Source of the DNA: Eledone cirrhosa
Lineage: Eukaryota
Assembly (NCBI GenBank): GCA_964016885.1
Contig: OZ024761.1
Coordinates: forward strand, 23,126,001-23,190,000
DNA length: 64,000 nucleotides
Direction: 5' to 3'
Both the position numbers and the translations under genes were made by a program. This document shows positions 45,098 to 57,135 of this stretch, in pieces. The notes under the pieces were generated by a model that saw only the letters and a program-made list of their open reading frames with translations, did not search any database and had not been told where the DNA came from. Each line of letters begins with the position of its first letter. Within the stretch, counting starts at the first letter, position 1.

Positions 45098-45319
45098 GTG
45101 TGTGTGTGCATGTATATATATATATTATATATATATGTATGTGTGTGTGTGTGTGTGAAGAACGTAGCTTTAGAAGACAGCAGGCAGAGTTTGGAAATTG
45201 AATTTGAAGATTTTGCCGTAACTGAAACTAAACACAATAGTGTCACAAGATGGCGGCATATCTGGCCACAGAGCAGAACACTACTGATGCTCATCTTCCA
45301 CCGTTGAATGTGTTTAGAC

Positions 45320-47015
45320 ATCCAAGTGCCGGTCGCTCTCCGATAGGTTCGCGGTCGTGCCCTTGGCAGTGGTGACCTCTGGTGTGCTTGGCCCTAGGGC
45401 TACCTCCCTACCTCCCACCATAGGCACTGAGCTGGCTACCTGTAGCAGTGGAGACTTCTGGCGCCCTTGGCCCTAGGGCTACCTCCCTACTCACCACCAT
45501 AGGCGCTGAGCTGGTTACCTGTAGCAGTGGAGACTTCTGGTGTCCTTGGCCCTAGGGCTACCTCCCTACCTCCTACCATAGGCACTGAGCTGGCTACCTG
45601 TAGCAGTGGAGACTTCTGGCGCCCTTGGCCCTAGGGCTACCTCCCTACCTCCCACCATAGGCACTGAGCTGGCTACCTGTAGCAGTGGAGACTTCTGGCG
45701 CCCTTGGCCCTAGGGCTATCTCCCTACTCACCACCATAGGCGCTGAGCTGGTTACCTGTAGCAGTGGAGACTTCTGGTGTCCTTGGCCCTAGGGCTACCT
45801 CACTACCTCCCACCATAGGCACTGAGCTGGCTACCTGTAGCAGTGGAGACTTCTGGCGCCCTTGGCCCTAGGGCTATCTCCCTACTCACCACCATAGGCG
45901 CTGAGCTGGTTACCTGTAGCAGTGGAGACTTCTGGTGTCCTTGGCCCTAGGGCTACCTCCCTACCTCCTACCATAGGCACTGAGCTGGCTACCTGTAGCA
46001 GTGGAGACTTCTGGTGTCCTTGGCCCTAGGGCTACCTCACTACCTCCCACCATAGGCACTGAGCTGGCTACCTGTAGCAGTGGAGACTTCTGGCGCCCTT
46101 GGTCCTAGGGCTACCTCCCTACTCACCACCATAGGCGCTGAGCTGGTTACCTGTAGCAGTGGAGACTTCTGGCGCCCTTGGCCCTAGGGCTACCTCCCTA
46201 CCTCCCACCATAGGCACTGAGCTGGCTACCTGTAGCAGTGGAGACTTCTGGTGTCCTTGGCCCTAGGGCTACCTCCCTACCTCCCACCATAGGCACTGAG
46301 CTGGCTACCTGTAGCAGTGGAGACTTCTGGCGCCCTTGGCCCTAGGGCTATCTCCCTACTCACCACCATAGGCGCTGAGCTGGTTACCTGTAGCAGTGGA
46401 GACTTCTGGTGTCCTTGGCCCTAGGGCTACCTCACTACCTCCCACCATAGGCACTGAGCTGGCTACCTGTAGCAGTGGAGACTTCTGGCGCCCTTGGTCC
46501 TAGGGCTACCTCCCTACTCACCACCATAGGCGCTGAGCTGGTTACCTGTAGCAGTGGAGACTTCTGGTGTCCTTGGCCCTAGGGCTACCTCCCTACATAG
46601 GCGCTGAACTGGTTACCTGTAGCAGTGGAGACTTCTGGTGTCCTTGGCCCTAGGGCTACCTCACTACCTCCCACCATAGGCGCTGAACTGGTTACCTGTA
46701 GCAGTGGAGACTTCTGGTGTCCTTGGCCCTAGGGCTACCTCCCTACTCACCACCATAGGCGCTGAGCTGGCCAGCCGCAGGTGTCAGCCTCACGAGTTGG
46801 AATGGCTCTTCCAGCGCATCTCCCTTACCATCTTCCGGGGAAACGCCTTCTCCATTCTGTCCGCCGGGGCTGTGGGTAGGCCAGCACGTAGGACCCCATT
46901 TGCTCACCATACAGAGAGATCGGGGAGGGTGAGAGAGATGGAGGCGATGACAGTGGGAGTTCGACTCTTCCACGTTCGGACTATACCCTTGTGGTTGTGT
47001 TCATTAAGCAGTTAA
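45320..47015 (+). mobile_element. CRE-type RLE retrotransposon 3' fragment containing an 18 x 79-bp array
   Basis: [23 protein letters not shown] .. [38 protein letters not shown]; 3' end shared with the copy at 18903. Confidence 0.78.
45362..46770. repeat. 79-bp GC-rich tandem repeat, 18 copies, one with an 8-bp deletion
   Basis: tgtagcagtgg at 45441, 45520, 45599 ... 46547, 46618, 46697. Confidence 0.97.
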
Positions 47016-47092
47016 TGAGTCTGATAATGAAAAGATAGTGATAATCCTTGATACATCTACTGCACTGAACTCTCTTCTAATAACCCGTTATT

Positions 47093-47275
47093 ATTGGCAG
47101 TATCGGTAGAGGGTCTGACGCCATGCTTTGACGCATAGTTACGGCCCTTGCCAGTCTGAGTTCAAATCCCGCCGAGGTTAACTTTGCCTTTCATCCTTAC
47201 GGGGTCGATAAAATAAAGTACCAGTAATGCACTGGGTAATTGCTGGCCTTGTGCCAAAAGTAGAAACAATTATTA
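47093..47275 (+). mobile_element. SINE family A
   Basis: TGGCAGTATCGG, GAGTTCAAATCCC, ctttcatccttacggggtcgataaaataaagtaccag. Confidence 0.88.
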
Positions 47276-47408
47276 AACTATTTTATTTACTGAAAGTTAC
47301 GGTGAATTCTTCTAATTTAATTTTCATAAATGTATTTGTCATAGTTGTCTATATACTATGGCCAGGTACTATACACTATGGCCAGGTACTATATACTATG
47401 GCCAGGTA

Positions 47409-47674
47409 CAAGGGCCTTGTCTCAGGGCACATGTCCCCCCTCCACCTTTTCAAACGCATATGTTATATTTTTTGTTTATTTGATATAATCAAAATTTTAA
47501 AGCTTATTTTTTATATCTGAACTTTATTTGAATATATAAAATTTAACTAGCGTAAAATGTTCCTTATGTGATAGGGTCCGGGAAAGGCACCACAAGCAAT
47601 ACTAATATGTTCCTTTAAGAATCAACAAATGTTGGTTTGTCCCCCTCTCATTTTTAAGGCAAACGAGGCTCTTG
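47409..47674. mobile_element. hAT-type MITE with 8-bp TSD
   Basis: TIR caagggccttgt / acgaggctcttg; flanks gccaggta / gccacgta. Confidence 0.6.
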
Positions 47675-47694
47675 GCCACGTATAACTAGTTGAT

Positions 47695-47813
47695 ATTTAC
47701 GGCCATATCACGCTGAAAACACTGGTTCTCGTCCGATCACCAAAGTTAAGCAACGTCGAGCCTAGTTAGTACTTAGATGGGTGACCGCTTGGAAAACCGA
47801 GGTGCCGTAAGCA
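47695..47813 (+). pseudogene. 5S rRNA: 5S rRNA copy, probably a retropseudogene
   Basis: Full-length 5S sequence (ggccatatcacgctgaa..gtccgatcac..agttaagc..ttagtactt..gatgggtgaccgc..ggtgccgtaagc) with helix I pairing; followed by an A-run, not a T-run terminator. Confidence 0.93.
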
Positions 47814-47831
47814 GAATAAAAAAAAAAAAAA

Positions 47832-48050
47832 GGCGCGTGGCTGACTGGTAAGAGAATTGGATTCGCAATCGGAAGGTTGTGAGATCGATTCCTGCACCAG
47901 GTGATGCGTTATGTCCCTGGGCAAGACACTTTATTTCACGTTGCTCCTTCTACCTGGAGTTGCGACCGATAGAAAATATTAGCAATTGGAAAGACCAATG
48001 GAAACATTGTTTCCTCGGTCCGATTTGACGAAAATCAATCGACTGTCGAT
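47832..48050 (+). mobile_element. CORE-type SINE family B, directly after the 5S poly(A)
   Basis: GGCGCGTGGCTGACTGG head, GATCGATTCC, TGTCCCTGGGCAAGACACTTTA. Confidence 0.88.
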
Positions 48051-48196
48051 ACCCAGACGATATATACACGGTGTCAGACATATATAACTTAGAGAAATTT
48101 AGAAATTTATTAACTTTACACTGAATGCTTTCTGACTGCCTCAAATAATATTTCGATTGTTATTTGCCCTATTGAGGCTACAACATCGATATATAT

Positions 48197-48346
48197 ATAA
48201 CGAAGGAAATGTGGTAAGGAACCAGATGGACCACAACGCACCAGAGTACTCAATACTTAGGGTAGTAGAGTGGGTAATAGGAAAAAGTCCAGAAATAGCC
48301 GTCGAAACGGCTTGAGCTCTGCCGTCGGGGTCATACTTTTTCCTAT
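48197..48346. mobile_element. Penelope-like pLTR module X
   Basis: Homologous to 54783-54972; contains hammerhead 3' half GAAACGGC..GCCGTC. Confidence 0.55.
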
Positions 48347-48358
48347 ATATATAGTAAA

Positions 48359-48409
48359 GGTTTCTACAGGACTAGAACTGTTTCATTCGGGAGAAATCAT
48401 CAGGAAGCC
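48359..48409 (-). ncRNA. type I hammerhead ribozyme with a 4-bp stem III (module Y)
   Basis: Minus strand: ggcttc-CTGATGA-tttctcccgaat-GAA-ACAG-ttctagtc-CTGT-A/gaaacc. Confidence 0.75.
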
Positions 48410-48452
48410 CATGTATGTATGTATGTATATATATATATATATATATATATAG

Positions 48453-48640
48453 TAATAATTGTTTCTACTTTAGGCACAAGGCCAGCAATTACCCCAGTGC
48501 ATTACTGGTACTTTATTTTATCGACCCCGTAAGGATGAAAGGCAAAGTCAACCTCGGTGGGATTTGAACTCAGATCGTAAAGGGACGTAACTATGCTGGA
48601 AAGCATGGCGTCCGACTCTCTACCGATACTGCCAATATAG
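48453..48640 (-). mobile_element. SINE family A
   Basis: Matches other copies. Confidence 0.88.
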
Positions 48641-48744
48641 TAATAATAATAATAAACGTGAAGACTAAAATCCGAAGAGGGCTCGATAAGGATAAATATA
48701 TATATATATATAAATATATTAAAACCGTAGAGCAAGTATTTATG

Positions 48745-48845
48745 AAAATAACAGATTAAAGTTTAAGCAAAGAATCGCTGCTTTCACTCTTAACGGGATC
48801 TTCTGAAAGCAGCAATTCTTTGCGTAAACTTTAATCTGTTATTTT
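48745..48845. repeat. 42-bp inverted repeat (Penelope-like fold-back)
   Basis: 48745-48786 versus 48804-48845, 2 mismatches. Confidence 0.85.
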
Positions 48846-48869
48846 AATATATATAAATAAATATCGTGA

Positions 48870-49048
48870 TTCGATTGACAAGATCTCGTCAAATCGGACC
48901 AAGAAAATAATGTTTCCATTGGTCTTTACACTTGCTAATACTCTCCAGCAAGGTGAAATAAAGCGCCTTGCTCAAGGACACAATGCATCGCCTAGTCAGG
49001 AATCAAACTTACAATCTGACGATTGTGAATCCAATTCTCTAACTATCC
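48870..49048 (-). mobile_element. CORE-type SINE family B, degenerate
   Basis: cgtcaaatcggacc..tgtttcc.ttggtcttt..gctcaaggacac. Confidence 0.8.
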
Positions 49049-49135
49049 GTATGTGGTTCTTGTCGGATGGCCATGTGATAAACAAGCGAAATTCCAAAGA
49101 GGCAAGACTCACTATTAATAAATAAACAAATAAAT

Positions 49136-49177
<42 letters not shown>

Positions 49178-49482
49178 CTGTACCGTCAGTAGGGGTCAAA
49201 ACTCCCGAAATCCATATGCTCGTTGGGCACGCAAGAAGATGCCAATACCTTTACCATTTTATCCGGGAGTTGAAGTTACACCTCTGACTGCAGTGTAGCG
49301 TCTGACGCACTCTCCTCTCATTCTGTCCAACCTTGCTTAACTCCCTTTTTTCATACCCGTTTTTATTTTTTGATAATTATTCCTCTCATTTATTTACGTA
49401 TCCTTATTGCCATCTACACTGTACATAGACTTTTACTACTGGATATTTTGTATGACTTGAATATTCATACACAACTATAAAC

Positions 49483-49630
49483 AGTGGTGTGACTCGGTTA
49501 TGCCTAGAAGGAAGGTTGGCTGGTAAGAGAAGCAGAGGCCGGCAGCCAAAACGATGGCTTGATAATGTCAACTTATGGACTGGACTTGATCTTTGCTCTT
49601 TGAACTCTGTTGCTGGTGATCGAAAGGTTT
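49483..49630 (+). mobile_element. RTE-type LINE 3' fragment
   Basis: LEGRLAGKRSRGRQPKRWLDNVNLWTGL..AGDR. Confidence 0.75.
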
Positions 49631-49720
49631 TATATATTCCTGGAATATATAAAATGACCTCCGGTCGTTTCGATAGCTAGATCCAAACTAAACCAATGGT
49701 TTAGTTTGGATATATATGTA

Positions 49721-49772
<52 letters not shown>

Positions 49773-49840
49773 GGAATAAACTCTGTGACTGAACATTGCT
49801 AATTTTCTCCCTCATATCAAGAATTTGAAGACAATTCATT

Positions 49841-49915
49841 TTCACCTGATGAGATCAGTGATAATCGATCATGGCTTCACGATCGATCTATCTCTTATTG
49901 AAACATGTGTCGTGA
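49841..49915 (+). ncRNA. type I hammerhead ribozyme motif with long stem II
   Basis: tcac-CTGATGA-(atcgatc..gatcgat hairpin)-GAAAC-atgt-GTC/gtga. Confidence 0.65.
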
Positions 49916-50290
49916 TTAAAATGATTGGAAATTTTACCTTGCCTTCGGATTTTCATTTTGATATATATATATATATATCTGAACATGCAACCCCGTTCTT
50001 TCCCCATCTCTTACTTTCACATACACACACACACACACACACACGTACACGTACACCTACACACACACACCACCTTCAGCCCTCGCCGCTCGGACACCCC
50101 GTCTCCCTCTCCCCACTCCACCCGCAACCACCCCTACACGTCCCACATCTGTTTTACTTCATGTGTATTCTTATTTTTATCATGCTTTTATATTTAATTT
50201 CATTTGTACCGTTTCCTCTCACCCCCTTTTTTCTATATGTCTCTCCACCACTCCCCTACACACCCTTGGAACTCTCTTCCCACACACTTT

Positions 50291-50325
50291 TCACCTGAAG
50301 AAGGGCTTATGCCCGAAACGTCGTT
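50291..50325 (+). ncRNA. minimal hammerhead motif
   Basis: CTGAAGA-a-gggc ttat gccc-GAAAC-GTC; stem I is weak. Confidence 0.55.
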
Positions 50326-50413
50326 CCCCACCGCGACCCCACTCTCAAGAGGGTGAAACTAATAAACCTTTGTTCGTACTGCCTCTCTGTTTTGTTCCCG
50401 TTCAATTTTTTAC

Positions 50414-50451
<38 letters not shown>

Positions 50452-50607
50452 ATATATATTATATATTATATATATATATATATATTATATATATATATTA
50501 TATATTATATATATATATATATATTATATATTATATATATATATATATTATATATATATTATATATTATATATTATATATATATATATATTATATATTAT
50601 ATATATA

Positions 50608-50651
<44 letters not shown>

Positions 50652-50689
50652 GAGAGAGAGAGATACATTTGAAATATATTTTTTGAAAA

Positions 50690-50877
50690 TAACTGTTTCT
50701 ACTTTTGGCACAAGGCCAGCAATTATCCCAGTGCATTACTGGTACTTTATTTTATCGACCCCGTAAGGATGAAAGGCAAAGTTAACCTCGGCGGAATTTG
50801 AACTCAGAATGGCAAGGGCCGTAACTCTATGCGTCAAAGCATGGCGTCCGACTCTCTACCGATACTGCCAATCCACC
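50690..50877 (-). mobile_element. SINE family A
   Basis: Matches other copies. Confidence 0.88.
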
Positions 50878-52229
50878 AAACGCCAAAAGAACGTAAACAC
50901 AATCAACATGTAACCACTATAACTAAGGGAGACAACTGATAAGGGAGGAAACTTGTTTAGGTGGGAGAGAACTCCGCATCGGAGAATCTTAAATTTATGA
51001 TTTCTGTCTTTTTCTTTCCCTTTCACTTTCCTTCTTTCTTTATTTACCTCTTTTTTTCTCTTTTCATTTTTTCTTCTCTTTTCTTTTTTCTTCTTTCCTT
51101 CTTTCTTCTTTCCTTTTTTCTTTTATTTCTTTTTTCTTGGTATTCAGTTATGTTTCTTTTCCAGAGTTACCTCCCTTATTTGTTAGAGTCGTGTTTATAA
51201 CCTATGAGACCTTCAAGACGCACAAACATAGATCGGCTGGTCTCTCTCTCTTTCTCCCTTTCTCTCTCTCATGCTCTCTCTTTCTCTTTTCTTTCTTTTC
51301 TTTTTTCTTTTTTCTTTTTTCTTTCTTTTATCTTTTTTCTTTCTTTTTTCTCTTTTTTCTTTATTTTTCTTTCTTTCTCTCTCTCTTTCTTTCTTTCTCT
51401 CTTTCTCTCTCGTTCTTTTTCTCTCTCCCTCTCTCCCCCCGCCTCCCTCCCCATCCGCCTATCTCCTCCCCACCGCCTCCTCTCTCCTCCTCCCTCCATT
51501 CTCCCTCTCGTCTCTCTCTACGCCCTCTCTCTCAACTAAACAAGGCGACATTGTAGAGTAGATAACGTAATTCATCTTATCAACTCAACAAGTAAACACA
51601 GCAAAGTAGTCTACCTTGGTATTCAGTTATGTTTCTTTTCCAGAGTTATCTCCCTTATTTGTTAGATATGTTTATACCCCATGAGACCGTCAAGAGGCAC
51701 AAACATACATTGGCTGGTCTCTCTCTCTCTCCCCTCTCTCACTCTCTCTCCCCCTCTCTCTCACTCTCTCTCCCCCTCTCTCTCACTCTCTCTCCCCCTC
51801 TCTCCCCCTCTCTCTCCCCCTCTCTCACTCTCCCTCTCACTCTATCTCTCTTTCTCTTTCCTTCTTGCTTTTTCTTTTCTTTCTTTCTCTCTTTCTTTTT
51901 CTTTTCTTTCTTTCTCTCTTTCTTTCTCTCTCTTACTCTTTCTCTCTCTCTTTCTCTATCTCCCCCCCTCTCTCTCTATATATATATATGTGTGTGTGTA
52001 TATATATATATATTTTCTGTGTATATATATATATATATATACACACACCAAGTACATGTGTGTGTGTTTGTCTGTGAGTGTGTTTAAAATGTTTAAGAAT
52101 CTATGCAAACCCGAGGGAGTCGTTAAGACTTAATGTTGTTCTGAGAAACACACACTGTCCTCGTCGGGAAACAATAACGTTATTACCTCCCTTTCCGCTA
52201 GTTATTGTTCACAAACAATAAGAAAATAT

Positions 52230-52870
52230 CCACCATCTCCACCACCTCCATCACATCTCCTCCATCAACACCACCACCACCACGACCAACACCCTCACCC
52301 CCACACCCAACATTATGCTTCACTAACCTCCACCACTACTGTTTGAGTTAAATACACTACCACCACCACCACCACAACACCCCACCACCACCAATTCTGT
52401 TTGTACTAACTACACCACCATTAGTACCACCATCTCATCACCATCGCCATCACCACCTCACCATGACCACTTCACCACTGCCACCACCTCACCACCACCA
52501 TCACCACCACCTCACCAACACCACCATCACCACCGTTGCCATCACTACTACCACTACCACCACTACACCACCACCAACACCACTACCACCAGCACCGCCA
52601 CCAGCGCCACCGCCATCACCATCACCACCACCATCACCACCACCACCACCACCACCATCACCACCACCACCACCACCACCATCACCATCACCACCACCAT
52701 CACCACCACCACCACCACCACCACCACCACCATCACCATCACCACCATCACTATCACCACCACCACCATCACCACCATCACCACCACCATCATCACCACC
52801 ATCACCACCACCACCACCACCATCATCACCACCATCATCACCACCATCACCACCACCACCACCACCACTA
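52230..52870. repeat. (CAC/CAT)n trinucleotide repeat
   Basis: Directly visible. Confidence 0.95.
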
Positions 52871-53058
52871 CATTAACTATCAGTCTTATTACACTAACGA
52901 GCCGATTTACAAACATATTCCTTGTTCAAATATGTCCGCCATAAAAATCTGTTTTTTTTTTTTTTTTTTGTAAAGCGTAAAGAAAGCGTTACTAAAACTA
53001 CTTTAACAAACCATGATCCAATACTACAAATGGAATATATACAAATAATATTCAACAA

Positions 53059-53767
53059 CTATGTGATAATTATACACACAGGGGACGTGGTTCTATGTGA
53101 TAATTATACACACGGGGGACGTGGTTCTATGTGATAATTATACACACAGGGGACGTGGTTCTATGTGATAATTATACACACGGGGGACGTGGTTCTATGT
53201 GATAATTATACACACGGGGGACGTGGTTCTATGTGATAATTATACACACGGGGGACGTGGTTCTATGTGATAATTATACACACGGGGGACGTGGTTCTAT
53301 GTGATAATTATACACACGGGGGACGTGGTTCTATGTGATAATTATACACACGGGGGACGTGGTTCTATGTGATAATTATACACACGGGGGACGTGGTTCT
53401 ATGTGATAATTATACACACGGGGGACGTGGTTCTATGTGATAATTATACACACGGGGGACGTGGTTCTATGTGATAATTATACACACGGGGGACGTGGTT
53501 CTATGTGATAATTATACACACGGGGGACGTGGTTCTATGTGATAATTATACACACGGGGGACGTGGTTCTATGTGATAATTATACACACGGGGGACGTGG
53601 TTCTATGTGATAATTATACACACGGGGGACGTGGTTCTATGTGATAATTATACACACGGGGGACGTGGTTCTATGTGATAATTATACACACGGGGGACGT
53701 GGTTCTATGTGATAATTATACACACGGGGGACGTGGTTCTATGTGATAATTATACACACGGGGGACG
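53059..53767. repeat. 34-bp minisatellite, about 21 near-identical copies
   Basis: Unit atgtgataattatacacacgggggacgtggttct. Confidence 0.97.
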
Positions 53768-54140
53768 ACAAAATAAAATACCAGTAATGTACTGAGGCAT
53801 GTGCCAAAAGTAGAAACAATTATTATAGTGAATTGGCAGTATTGGTAGAGGGTTGGACGCCATGCTTTGCAGCACAAAGATATTGCCCTTTACGGACGGA
53901 GTTCAAATCCCGCCGAGGTTAACTTTGCTTTTCATCCTTACGGGGTCGATAAAATAAAGTACCAGTAACGTACTGGGGTCGATTTAATCGACTCCCCCCC
54001 CCCCCCAAATTGCTGGCCTTGTGCCTATACTAGAAATCATTATTTATAATAAGGGCGGGGGATTGGCAGTATCGGTAGAGGGTCGGACGCCATGCTTTGT
54101 AGCACAGAGTTACGTCGCTTTACGTTCTATGTTCAAATGT
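53760..54140 (+). mobile_element. three head-to-tail SINE family A pieces (tail, full copy, head)
   Basis: Matches other copies. Confidence 0.85.
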
Positions 54141-54530
54141 ACTAGATAATTTGCTGTCGAAACGGTCGGAGCTCAGCCGTCGGGATCCTGACTATTTTCA
54201 TACGCGCATGCGCGCACACGCACACACTCACACTCACACACTCACACTCACACACGCACACATACACATTCACACATTCACACACTCACACACTCGCATT
54301 CAGTCATTCATTTATATTTTGGGGTTCACCAATTGATAGAAGTGGTCTTTCCGTTTAGTTAACCAGATGAAATTGTAGGAAAAAAAGCACTCTACGTTAT
54401 GCAAAACTCTTCTTCCATCGTTGCAGTCGATATATTTGTGTTAAGTTAGTCTCGGTGTATGTTGCGTGTGTGTGAGTCGGTGTATATGTATATATGTGTT
54501 TGAGAGTGATGATAAGTATATATATATATA

Positions 54531-54733
54531 TCGTCAGTCGATCGACTTTCGTCAAATCGGACCGAGGAAACAATGTTTCCGTTGGTCTTTCCAATTGTTG
54601 ATACTATCTGGAGTTGTGATATATCGGTCGCAACTCCAGGTAGAAGTGTCTTGCTCAAGGGCATAACATATCGCCCGGTCCAGGAGTCGAACTCACGATT
54701 GCGAATAGAATGCTCTAACCACTCAGCTACGCG

Positions 54734-54735
<2 letters not shown>
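54531..54735 (-). mobile_element. CORE-type SINE family B
   Basis: A box TAGCTGAGTGG, B box GTTCGACTCC, shared tail. Confidence 0.85.
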
Positions 54736-54786
<51 letters not shown>

Positions 54787-54863
54787 ACGAAGGAAATGTG
54801 GTAAGGAACCAGATGGACCATAACGCACCTAAGTACTCAATACTTAGGGTAGTAGAGTGGGTA

Positions 54864-54972
54864 ATAGGAACAAGTATGACCCCGACGGCAGAGCTCAAGC
54901 AGTTTCGACGGCTAAATTTGGTAGCCATCGAAACGGCTTGAGCTCTGCCGTCGGGGTCATACTTGTTCCTAT
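54864..54972. repeat. 51-bp inverted repeat in module X
   Basis: 54864-54914 versus 54922-54972, 2 mismatches. Confidence 0.9.
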
Positions 54973-55072
54973 ATATATATATATAGAAAGAGAGAGAGGG
55001 AGAGAGACAGGTAAGTTTATCCCAGGTTCAATCGGGGGTAACCACAGTTAGTAAGGTACTCAATACAAAGCG

Positions 55073-55209
55073 GAGTATAAATATTTAATATAGAAATGGC
55101 TTCTACAGGACTAGAACTGTTTCATTCGGGAGAAATTATCAGAGGATATCTCCCGAATGAAACAGTTCTAGTCCTGTAGAAGCCACTTCTATATTAAATA
55201 TTTATATTC
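55073..55209. repeat. 61-bp inverted repeat in module Y
   Basis: 55073-55133 versus 55149-55209, 2 mismatches. Confidence 0.9.
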
Positions 55210-55211
55210 TA

Positions 55212-55573
55212 TATTAAGAAACTCACTCAGATGGTGGATGGGTGCTACGCGAGAATGCTGAGGATGGCTCTGAACATTAATCAGTATACACTGAGGATGA
55301 AGAACTCAGAGCTGTACGGGAGCCCCCCAAAAGTCAGCACAAAAGTGACACAGAGGAGACTGAAGTTAGCTGGACATGCTCACCGACATCCAGAGTTGAC
55401 ATTGCACTCAGTGCTCCTGTGGGAGCCCCTACATGGACGCACTGGAAGAGGAAGACCAAGGTTAACGTATGTTGATGCCCTAAGGAGAGACGCAGGACGT
55501 GGCAGCGATAATGAGGGACAGAGACCGCTGGAGAGAACTCGTCCATGGATCTTGGGAATTTTACCCGCCCTAG

Positions 55574-55575
<2 letters not shown>
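55212..55575 (+). mobile_element. RTE/RTE-X-type LINE 3' fragment
   Basis: VDGCYARMLRMALN..RRLKLAGHAHRHP..LWEPLHG..RGRPRLTYVDAL; has a short deletion relative to the copy at 1858. Confidence 0.85.
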
Positions 55576-55643
<68 letters not shown>

Positions 55644-55726
55644 ACAATGATATTAAATAAATGTGAATTTCCAACCGATAAGGTATGATTTTCATGGGTA
55701 TGTCTCTATTTATAAAACAAACTTTG

Positions 55727-55791
55727 TATTTTATCTGATGAAAGCGTACCAATGTTGTCTTGGTTACCCTTGAAATATATATAATAAAATA
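55727..55791 (+). ncRNA. type I hammerhead ribozyme motif in a Penelope-like pLTR (element extends to about 55930)
   Basis: tattttat-CTGATGA-aagcgtaccaa..ttggttaccctt-GAAA-TATATATA-ataaaata. Confidence 0.68.
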
Positions 55792-55946
55792 AATATGGTT
55801 TTATAAATATAGTTTCCATTTATTTAATATCATTGAATATTTACTCCAGTAACTTGTTGAGTGCTCTAAATCAGTTATAAACATTTATATTTGTCGGACT
55901 TCCAACAAATTAAATACAACTTCTACTTATATATATATATATATAG

Positions 55947-56002
<56 letters not shown>

Positions 56003-56297
56003 TTATATTTGTGTGTTTGATGGGACAAAGATTGAATCAATAGTTCCAGAGTTGACAGGACGCGTTGCATTGTGGGTAAATCTGTTTCCACATTGTGGTT
56101 ATGAATATTGCAGTCTTTGATGATTTCATCATAGTGGAGAATGGGGGAGGGGATAGAAGGGAGCAGAGAGAGAGAGAGAGGGGAGGGGGGAGAGAGAGAG
56201 AGAGAGAATCACAAATATCACATACATACACATATACGTACATCTATCTATATCTCTCACAAACATATATATATATATATATATATCCATATGTATA

Positions 56298-56387
<90 letters not shown>

Positions 56388-56426
56388 CATATATGTATAT
56401 ATATATATATATACACATATATATAC

Positions 56427-56476
<50 letters not shown>

Positions 56477-56488
56477 GTATATATATAC

Positions 56489-56523
<35 letters not shown>

Positions 56524-56575
56524 TATACACGTATATTTATATATACATATATATATATGTATATATATATATATG

Positions 56576-56611
<36 letters not shown>

Positions 56612-56733
56612 TATATTTATATATACATATATATATATGTATATATATATGTATATATATACATATATGTATATATATACATATATGTATATATATATAC
56701 ATATATGTATATATATATATATATGTATATATG

Positions 56734-56768
<35 letters not shown>

Positions 56769-56845
56769 ATATATATATATATATGTATATATATGTATAT
56801 ATGTATATATGTATATATATACATATATGTATATATATACATATA

Positions 56846-56876
<31 letters not shown>

Positions 56877-57041
56877 TTATATATACATATATGTATATAT
56901 GTTTATATATACATATATGTATATATGTTTATATATACATATATGTATATATATATATATACATATATGTATATATATATATATACATATATGTATATAT
57001 ATATATATACATATATGTATATATATATATATATACATATA

Positions 57042-57077
<36 letters not shown>

Positions 57078-57080
57078 CAC

Positions 57081-57135
<55 letters not shown>

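Noticed and set aside
47695-47813. Functional 5S rDNA unit
   Set aside because: Single copy with an A-tail in place of a terminator and apparent substitutions
47832-47905. tRNA gene
   Set aside because: The tRNA-like head continues into the SINE body; the same applies to the other A/B-box hits
52463-52973. Poly-Pro/poly-His ORFs
   Set aside because: (CAC)n trinucleotide repeat
56020-56140. Minus-strand peptide resembling a LINE endonuclease PT..STLDL motif
   Set aside because: Weak, unverifiable similarity
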